From positions 1 to 64,000 of the IMG/VR virus record IMGVR_UViG_3300011254_000489: a stretch of 64,000 bases of DNA; one strand, given 5' to 3'. The DNA is from a virus. The position numbers and the translations under genes were made by a program. The notes below the pieces were generated by a model, which was not told the origin of the DNA, did no database searches, and worked only from the letters and a program-made list of their open reading frames with translations. This document shows positions 57,759 through 64,000 of the stretch, piece after piece. Numbering within the stretch: the first letter of the stretch is position 1; every line of letters starts with the position of its first letter.

Positions 57759-58959
57759 TCTCTACGGGTTCTACATATCTTTCTATGTGGTTAGCATAAG
57801 CAATTTCCAACCTACTGTTATCATCCACCAATTCAAAATTTATTCTATGTGAAGCAGAAGGAATACTCTTCATGGTAGAGACTCTTTGTTTAGTCATTCT
57901 GTCATTAATACAGACCAACAATCTAGTTACTAGTTGGTCATGTATAGGAGAATTGTTTTGAAGGTTATCAACACAAACTCCGTTCCATTTGTAGTCTCCT
58001 TCAAGAGATAAGAAAGCAGTTGATACCAATTGCCTACCCGACGATTTCCTATTACTATTCCAAGTGAATAACCAATCGTTATCTATTCCTTTGACTAGTA
58101 GATATTGTTCGCTTGTTTCTTTATCGCTCAACATCTTGACTTTATTCTTATACTTAGCAAGCGTTTGCTCTAACAAAATTTCTGCCCTATCTTCTATTAA
58201 TTTAGAAGTCCTATTCTGTTCTAAAAAGGCAATCATAACATCGGAGTCCGATTCAGTTATCTGCTTACCCATCAATAAGAAGTACAATTTTTGCGGCGAA
58301 AGAAATTTCCAAGAACCTCTATTGTGTCCATGTAAATAGTGTCCTAAATACTTAGACAAGTCTTTGAATGAAATAGTACCCCAAACAGAATCACTTATCT
58401 CTATGGCTACTTTATCATCACTTATTTGTTTAGCATTTAGTCTAACATTAACTCTTCTCCCGTTATTAAAGAAGTAATAGGGTACTCTATTTTCAAGAAC
58501 ATGGCTAATCTCGTAAGGAGTATTGCATATCCTGTAGAATAACATCATCGTTTCCGACCTACTCATGTCATTATTTACACGGTAGAGGAATCTAGATAGA
58601 TTGTAGAAAATCTCTCTCTTAGTACCCTTCAAACCATTAATAGAAATTGGTGTTTCGTTGGTTACTATAACTGAGAAGTCGTTTATTACAAATTCTAGAT
58701 AGTCCTTTGGACTATTAGTTATGTCTCTCATCATTCCTTTAATTTTTTCAGCAAAAGAGACTATTAAAGAATCTAGTGAGGTATTTACTTGGTTCGCCCT
58801 ACCATTAAAGTAGTGAGTAACAGTACTTGCATGTCCATTCCGTATAATTTGAACAGTTCCCCGTATAATTTTCTTCTCTCGGTACTGGCCGTCACTGTGT
58901 AAGGGGAGTTCTAGGCTTTTTTTCTCTGTATTATAATTTATAATTGTTGATTCGGTCAT
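57742..58959 (-). CDS. Hypothetical 405-aa protein in Ubl/TFB locus
   Basis: Long ORF; C-terminal GVCVDN....PIHDQLVTRLL..ND. Confidence 0.65.
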   Translation of the reverse strand: MTESTIINYNTEKKSLELPLHSDGQYREKKIIRGTVQIIRNGHASTVTHYFNGRANQVNTSLDSLIVSFAEKIKGMMRDITNSPKDYLEFVINDFSVIVTNETPISINGLKGTKREIFYNLSRFLYRVNNDMSRSETMMLFYRICNTPYEISHVLENRVPYYFFNNGRRVNVRLNAKQISDDKVAIEISDSVWGTISFKDLSKYLGHYLHGHNRGSWKFLSPQKLYFLLMGKQITESDSDVMIAFLEQNRTSKLIEDRAEILLEQTLAKYKNKVKMLSDKETSEQYLLVKGIDNDWLFTWNSNRKSSGRQLVSTAFLSLEGDYKWNGVCVDNLQNNSPIHDQLVTRLLVCINDRMTKQRVSTMKSIPSASHRINFELVDDNSRLEIAYANHIERYVEPVESENLD

Positions 58960-58963
58960 ATTA

Positions 58964-59122
58964 TCACATCATTCTCATTTTTGTTTTGTAATTGTTTACA
59001 CATTCTTCATGTGCTTCTATTTTCATATCTTGTGGAGTTAGTAAAGAGCCTCCACAAACTCTGCATTTTGTCGCTATCTTGCGACCTCTTGAATTGTCTG
59101 TATAGTTTGGATTGTTTGACAT
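58964..59122 (-). CDS. Small C2HC Zn-finger protein (not in ORF track)
   Basis: CRVCGGSL...AHEEC, 52 aa. Confidence 0.55.
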   Translation of the reverse strand: MSNNPNYTDNSRGRKIATKCRVCGGSLLTPQDMKIEAHEECVNNYKTKMRMM

Positions 59123-59124
59123 AT

Positions 59125-59415
59125 TTAACCCTCTAATTTATTTACTTCGTGGTATTTAACATATACATCAAAATCTTTAATGTATTTTGCTAAGTATTGG
59201 TTAAACCCAATAGTCACGGCTTCATCAATATCAAAAAGATAATTCTTTAATTTAGAATTTAAGAAGAAGACTTGTTCTTTTTCGTCGTCAATCAACAACG
59301 AATGTCGTAGTGCCGTCTCAACGAATAATTGCCCCTCCACCGATAACATAGGTAGAAGTGACTTAACTACTGCTCTACAATGAGCAAAGTTACGATAGAG
59401 GGGCATAAGCACCAC
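59125..59415 (-). CDS. Hypothetical protein
   Basis: 96-aa ORF. Confidence 0.45.
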   Translation of the reverse strand: MVLMPLYRNFAHCRAVVKSLLPMLSVEGQLFVETALRHSLLIDDEKEQVFFLNSKLKNYLFDIDEAVTIGFNQYLAKYIKDFDVYVKYHEVNKLEG

Positions 59416-59452
59416 GGTTTAAGGGATGGTTTTATTCATCAACAAGGGGGGT

Positions 59453-59659
59453 TCAACAGGAACCTCCAACAATAGCAGGAGTCAAGTCCACGCTACTAAC
59501 AGTATCCCAATTGATTGTGTTAATGTCTTGGCGGCTTACCATCTCACCATCAACGAAAACCCAATGTGTGGGGTGTGTTTCAATTTGTTCTACAACCTTC
59601 TCTACTGAGAGTTGCAATTCAGTGTGTCCTGTTTCATTTAAAATCGTTAGTGTAATCAT
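59453..59659 (-). CDS. Ubiquitin-like (beta-grasp, ThiS/MoaD/SAMP-like) protein with GG-SC C-terminus
   Basis: 68 aa; beta-beta-alpha-beta pattern, WVFVDGEMV, terminal VDLTPAIVGG followed by SC; GAGGTGA SD. Confidence 0.8.
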   Translation of the reverse strand: MITLTILNETGHTELQLSVEKVVEQIETHPTHWVFVDGEMVSRQDINTINWDTVSSVDLTPAIVGGSC

Positions 59660-59660
59660 T

Positions 59661-60821
59661 TTAATTCACCTCTGTTTTGTTCACCTTGTCATGACTATTT
59701 AAGCCATCCCCTTTGTTAGCGGAAATCCAAACGGTTGCTTGTCTTTTTGTCACTTTTTCGCTACCGTCATATCCTAAGTTTTTCATGTATTGGATTTGGT
59801 TACTTGTTGCCGCTTCCATACATTTAGTTAATGTTTCAATTTGCCTTTGGGATAGAGCATTACCCCAATTAGAATTCTTCAATTTGATTTCTATATCCCG
59901 AAGGAAGTTAGTTGTCCAATCATCAAAGGGAAGATTATTCTTCACTTCGTAGTAATTACTAATCCCAAAGAATTCCATCTTATTAGAAATATTGCGAGAA
60001 TATTTCCTCTCACGAATCCTATCCACTTCGGCCATTTTCTTTTCCATAATAGCATCTTCCTCAGTAATCATAGCAATGGTTTCTCTTGATGAATAATAAA
60101 AATCATCTAAATCCTCTAACAGTTTTTTGTTGGGGTAGCCCTTAGTATTAATTTGTGCTTTGTGGTTATCGGGATGATTCCATCGCCATACAATAGAAGC
60201 CATTTCTCCATCCATAGCCCTTTTACGAATATAGGTCTTAGGACGATGAGTATTTAGTTTCTCATCCCAATAGAACCCTTTACTTCTAACATTGACTCGC
60301 AAATCTAAGTCCTTAATCTTGTTGAATTTAAATTCAAAGATTGAACCATTAGTAGCCCACCAAGCAGTTTTCTTCATGCCTTCAATCCGAACATTAATCC
60401 ATTGGTCAATCATTTCATCAGTAATGTATTCATCCTCAAGACCTGTCGCCTCTTTGATTGCTCTAAGGATTAGATAGGAATTGATGTGGTCGCTACCAAC
60501 ACATTCCTTTCTACCGTTCTCAGTATTCTCTATTTCAAAATGGTAAATAATACGATGGCCGCATAGACAACTACCATATCCCATGCTAGAATTCATAACC
60601 CACAGAGGGGCATCTTCGGCTCTATCGCCACCATATTGTGACCACCAAACATTACCTGTAGCCAACCACTCTAATTTAGCATCGTCGTAATTGTCTGCAT
60701 TAGAAAGGCGTGTAAGAGCCTCTTTCAAAGCCCTATCCCATCGTCCATTTCCTAGTCTTCTTTTAGGTTGAATAGTCTCTCTTTCGTAACTTAATTCAAT
60801 TGCTTCTCTCGGTATATCCAT
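59661..60821 (-). CDS. Hypothetical protein with CxCGH..VGSDH metal-binding motif
   Basis: CLCGHRI...IEN...VGSDHI; C-terminal ATSNQIQYMKNLG. Confidence 0.65.
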   Translation of the reverse strand: MDIPREAIELSYERETIQPKRRLGNGRWDRALKEALTRLSNADNYDDAKLEWLATGNVWWSQYGGDRAEDAPLWVMNSSMGYGSCLCGHRIIYHFEIENTENGRKECVGSDHINSYLILRAIKEATGLEDEYITDEMIDQWINVRIEGMKKTAWWATNGSIFEFKFNKIKDLDLRVNVRSKGFYWDEKLNTHRPKTYIRKRAMDGEMASIVWRWNHPDNHKAQINTKGYPNKKLLEDLDDFYYSSRETIAMITEEDAIMEKKMAEVDRIRERKYSRNISNKMEFFGISNYYEVKNNLPFDDWTTNFLRDIEIKLKNSNWGNALSQRQIETLTKCMEAATSNQIQYMKNLGYDGSEKVTKRQATVWISANKGDGLNSHDKVNKTEVN

Positions 60822-60989
60822 TTTAATTCTCTCCTAATTCGTATTGTTCTTTCTTTGGTAGACATTTGTTATGTTTGACTTTCAAACCGTCTCTGCTAGG
60901 TATAATCCTAGCACATTGTTTACAGGTAGCCAATGTGCAATGGTCGCAATCGGTTACTGTCTTAGTGCTATCACATGCTCCACAAGTAC

Positions 60990-61244
60990 TCATTCCATCA
61001 TCTCCCTGTCTTCTTTTTCAAACTTATGCGCTTCACTAAGATAACTATTCAAGATGAAGTCCATCTTCTCTTGTAGTGCTTCAATGACTCCTGCAATTGT
61101 TCTTCGCTTTAGACTAATCCAAAGTCTATGGTAAGTATTCAATACCACCTTAACTCCATCATCTTCTCCTTGCGTTATAACAATGGGAGGCATATCCTCA
61201 CTGTCTATTATTCTAAATTCTACTTTTTCATTCATGTTTATCAT
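60990..61244 (-). CDS. Hypothetical protein
   Basis: 84-aa ORF. Confidence 0.55.
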   Translation of the reverse strand: MINMNEKVEFRIIDSEDMPPIVITQGEDDGVKVVLNTYHRLWISLKRRTIAGVIEALQEKMDFILNSYLSEAHKFEKEDREMME

Positions 61245-61611
61245 TCCTTATTATTTTATTATTTATATCCATTACTTGGGCTTGTATTTTATCTTGGAAG
61301 AGTTTCAATAGCCCAAGTATATTCTTCAATATTTGTTCTTCCATAGACTTCACTTGTTCTTTTGCTACATTTTCAGCAATATCTCTTGTCATAGATTCAA
61401 CTATAGTATCAAACATGGAAAATTTCTCTTCCATTCTTTCTATTCTAGTTTGTAGAGCAAGATATTCTGTTTGTTTCCTTTTGTTTGCGGATTGAACCGC
61501 ACTACTTTGTTTTCTCATAGAGCGACATTTTGTGCAAATGCTACCCTTTCTTTCTCCTTCAAATTTTAAAGAGGTTGGTTTAAATTCTATTTCACATACT
61601 ATACATTTCAT
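61228..61611 (-). CDS. Zn-finger + coiled-coil protein
   Basis: CIVC...CTKC followed by heptad-like region. Confidence 0.6.
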   Translation of the reverse strand: MKCIVCEIEFKPTSLKFEGERKGSICTKCRSMRKQSSAVQSANKRKQTEYLALQTRIERMEEKFSMFDTIVESMTRDIAENVAKEQVKSMEEQILKNILGLLKLFQDKIQAQVMDINNKIIRNDKHE

Positions 61612-61631
61612 TTTTATTCCTCATTTATATT

Positions 61632-61656
61632 GGGCCTTGCACCCTTTCGGCAATCA
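61632..61656 (-). repeat. Hairpin/T-loop-like motif, copy 2
   Basis: TGATTGCCGAAAGGGTGCAAGGCCC, just upstream of GAGGAAT SD. Confidence 0.5.
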
Positions 61657-61680
61657 TTTAACACTGCTACACTATTTGAA

Positions 61681-61767
61681 TGGTGTCGGAGGCAGGATTT
61701 GAACCTGCGAATCAATATGAACAGGAGTTTAAGCCCTGCGCCTTTGACCAAACTCGGCTACTCCGAC
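61681..61767 (-). tRNA. tRNA-Leu(UAA)
   Basis: GTCGGAG acceptor stem, anticodon arm CAGGG-CTTAAAC-TCCTG, long variable arm, GGTTCAAATCC T-arm, encoded CCA. Confidence 0.92.
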
Positions 61768-61773
61768 TTGAAT

Positions 61774-61848
61774 TGGCGGGCATAACAGGAATTGAACCCG
61801 TATCTTCGGCTTAGAAGGCCAAAATGCTATCCATTACACCATATGCCC
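61774..61848 (-). tRNA. tRNA-Arg(UCU)
   Basis: GGGCATA/TATGCCC acceptor stem, anticodon arm TTGGC-CTTCTAA-GCCGA, GGTTCAATTCC T-arm, encoded CCA. Confidence 0.92.
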
Positions 61849-62085
61849 ATTTGTTATGTTCCAAAGGTTAGTTTGGTAGTTTGCCCCAACGCCCCCCATA
61901 ACAGAGGCTTTTTCTCTTGAAAAGAATTGAGGTCGGGATGAGAGAATATTTCTCACCTTCTGTCTAGTTGGGGCTATTTTATACCAATTACTATTGATAT
62001 AGCCCATGATTTCATTCAATGTCAAATCATCTCCTAGTTCTTTAAAAGCATTTTCAATCATTGTTATGTGGCTTGTTTTTCCCAT
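61834..62085 (-). CDS. Winged-helix protein
   Basis: LTLNEIMGYIN...PTRQKVRNILS..PQF...W; resembles 48568-49021 proteins. Confidence 0.6.
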   Translation of the reverse strand: MGKTSHITMIENAFKELGDDLTLNEIMGYINSNWYKIAPTRQKVRNILSSRPQFFSREKASVMGGVGANYQTNLWNITNGHMV

Positions 62086-62110
62086 ACATTACACGAACCT
62101 TTACTACTAT

Positions 62111-62413
62111 TTAATGTAACCAATTAAGGAGCCAAGCATCGTTTTTAGATTCAACTAATGTTCCTATTTGGAATTTGGAATATTCATCTTTATGTTTAGC
62201 CACAATAACAGAAGCCAAACTAAGAGCCAACTTTTCTTTACTTGTCTTTTCTAGGAAAACAGAAGCAATTCTCTTTGCTAGTTTTTCTTCCTCTCTACGG
62301 TGTTGTAGGACACAATAACATTCTTCTTTGTAGGTTACATCGTGAGTATTATCAATGACGAACATAATACCGCTACCATCACAATGACTACATTTACAAC
62401 ATTCCTGTGACAT
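62111..62413 (-). CDS. Protein with CxxCxGxG motif
   Basis: CSHCDGSG...ECYC. Confidence 0.55.
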   Translation of the reverse strand: MSQECCKCSHCDGSGIMFVIDNTHDVTYKEECYCVLQHRREEEKLAKRIASVFLEKTSKEKLALSLASVIVAKHKDEYSKFQIGTLVESKNDAWLLNWLH

Positions 62414-62522
62414 TAGTACCCCTCCAAGAAAAGGAAACTAGTAGTTATCCCTAAATCATCTATCGCAACATTGTAGTCGCTAATTATTGTCCATTCAATT
62501 ATTTCTTCTATTGTCATTGTAT

Positions 62523-63104
62523 TCACCTGTATTTGTTTAGTATTTTAGTAACTCTCCAAGAGGTAGGAAACCAACTTGGATTGTTTCGCTTTGTCCAAAA
62601 AGCAAACTCCCACTTACCTTCAAGGTAGTAGTGTTGATAGGATTTAATCACAAAATCCCATGTGTGCTTTTCTTCCGGTAGTCTGTATTCATCAGCCATA
62701 GCAATAGATACAGGACTCAATTCATCTTCATCATAAGAGAAGGTAAAACTGTCTCGTATTCTAGATTCAGTTCCGTGTGTCTTACCATAGCGGTAAGAGT
62801 ATTCTTTGCATAGGGCTACTGCATGATTGTATAACCACATGAAGTTGGCCTTGTTTTTCCTAGCCCAAATAGTACTAGGGTGATTTAGCATAGCGGGTTT
62901 CATCATGTAAGAGAAGTGAGATTCTTTGTGGAATCCCTTCAATTCTTTTAGAGAAGGTTCTCTACCATGTGCTTCCCAAAATAAAAAGTAGAGGGAATTA
63001 GTGTGTAGCATTTGACAACTTTCAGTAGGCATTTTTACTACATGTTTGTCCAACATTTGTTGGGCCGATTCTACGGGGCATTTTGATAGTGCAAATATGT
63101 TCAT
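62523..63104 (-). CDS. Pyrimidine-dimer DNA glycosylase (DenV/Pyr_excise)-like protein
   Basis: MNIF....P..SAQ...DKHVVKM..ESCQML, NHPSTIW, LCKEYSYRYGKTH. Confidence 0.75.
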   Translation of the reverse strand: MNIFALSKCPVESAQQMLDKHVVKMPTESCQMLHTNSLYFLFWEAHGREPSLKELKGFHKESHFSYMMKPAMLNHPSTIWARKNKANFMWLYNHAVALCKEYSYRYGKTHGTESRIRDSFTFSYDEDELSPVSIAMADEYRLPEEKHTWDFVIKSYQHYYLEGKWEFAFWTKRNNPSWFPTSWRVTKILNKYR

Positions 63105-63409
63105 TCTTCATCACCTACCATTTCTACCAATGCTTCAATACCAAATCGCTCAACCATTAGGTCAAGGTGGTGGTTCGTTTCTTCAAACAATGCTCGTAGT
63201 CGCTTGACTTCTGCAAGGAGGAGTGGTGCGTCGGCCATGATTCGTAGGTTAGCCTTTTCCTCTTTGGTTATTAGTTGGTCTTTGTTGTAATTCCAACAAG
63301 GGTATTCCGCTATGATTTCATTACCGCCTTTAGCAGTAGCATGAATAGTAGCACTGTCGTATTCCCACGGCCCTTCTGTGTGTCCTTCGTATTTATCTGT
63401 GTCAATCAT
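63101..63409 (-). CDS. Tandem paralog 1 (HTxGPW / DAPLLLAEVKRL family)
   Basis: MIDTDKYEGHTEGPW...ADAPLLLAEVKRL. Confidence 0.7.
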   Translation of the reverse strand: MIDTDKYEGHTEGPWEYDSATIHATAKGGNEIIAEYPCWNYNKDQLITKEEKANLRIMADAPLLLAEVKRLRALFEETNHHLDLMVERFGIEALVEMVGDEE

Positions 63410-63651
63410 TCAATCCTCTCCCACAATTCATCTATGAGTGCTTTCCAAGCGGGGTCTGCGTCAGCCATTTTATACAATCTGTCAAACGCCCGCTTGTATT
63501 TCTGCAACCGCTTGACTTCTGCAAGGAGAAGTGGTGCGTCTTGCATCAAGGTCTTATCAATCCCTTTCAATTCCTCAATGGTAAAGTAACCACTAAGAAT
63601 ACCATCCCACGGCGCAGGTGTGTGTCCTTCGTATTTGTCTATGTCAATCAT
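63406..63651 (-). CDS. Tandem paralog 2
   Basis: MIDIDKYEGHTPAPW...QDAPLLLAEVKRL. Confidence 0.7.
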   Translation of the reverse strand: MIDIDKYEGHTPAPWDGILSGYFTIEELKGIDKTLMQDAPLLLAEVKRLQKYKRAFDRLYKMADADPAWKALIDELWERIE

Positions 63652-64000
63652 TGTTCATCACCCCGACTACCTGCCCAACCGCAAGAATAACAAGAATAGT
63701 AATTCTTATCTTCGTGTTGTTCAGCCATCCCTTGACAACCTTTTCCATTACATTTTATTTTCATATTTTCATTCTCCTTATTGATATTTGGTATGCTTTG
63801 TATGGGCGCATACCTAGACCCGTTAGTTCTTTGTAGATTTCACTACGCTTCTCTTCTTCTTCCGCTTTACGATTCAAAAACACTGACTTGAATAAGTGCA
63901 TAGATTCTTTACGGATTATGTCTTTCATATATTTCATATTATCACCTTAAATTTAAATTCTCTAAGTAGATTAACCTAGAGGGGATGGGGGAAGAGAAGG

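Noticed and set aside
56119-59659. Thiamine/molybdopterin biosynthesis reading of ThiF + ThiS-like genes
   Set aside because: No thiG/thiE/moaE/cysteine desulfurase or tRNA thiolase in the window, and the masked GG plus JAB favours protein conjugation; a sulfur-relay role is not fully excluded.
1-64000. Provirus integration features (integrase, att sites) or host chromosomal DNA
   Set aside because: No integrase, rRNA or host housekeeping operons were seen; the whole window has uniform viral organisation. The terminase presumably lies outside the window.

Overview
About 64 kb of an AT-rich head-tailed (Caudoviricetes) archaeal virus genome. Gene content and order best fit a 'magrovirus', a virus of Marine Group II Euryarchaeota/Poseidoniales; this assignment is inferred from the archaeal-type replisome, GGTGA Shine-Dalgarno motifs, split PolB, chaperonin and head-module ligase. 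There are two convergent arms. The + strand (1-32920) is the virion module: small head-associated proteins, portal, a DNA-ligase-domain protein, prohead protease/scaffold, HK97-type MCP, a membrane-protein + Arf-like GTPase cluster, neck, tail tube, frameshifted tail chaperones, tape measure, tail tip/fibre and HMG-CoA lyase. The - strand (32943-64000) is the replication/early arm: exonuclease, MCM-like ATPase, ERCC4 nuclease, PriS-PriL fusion primase, Cas4-like nuclease, split PolB interrupted by HNH/GNAT genes, PCNA, AAA_24 ATPase, RPA, RFC, LAGLIDADG protein, second DNA ligase, PC4, GroEL/GroES, a JAB + E1(ThiF) + ubiquitin-like cassette around a TFB gene, two tRNAs and a DenV-like glycosylase. 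The most striking candidates are (i) a virus-encoded ubiquitin-like conjugation system, (ii) an Arf/Sar1-like GTPase-membrane module inside the morphogenesis block, and (iii) a shared M-x-W-x-x-I-x-K peptide linking the scaffold C-terminus to the N-termini of several small head-module proteins, a possible capsid cargo-loading signal. All calls come from motif reading; no database searches were run.
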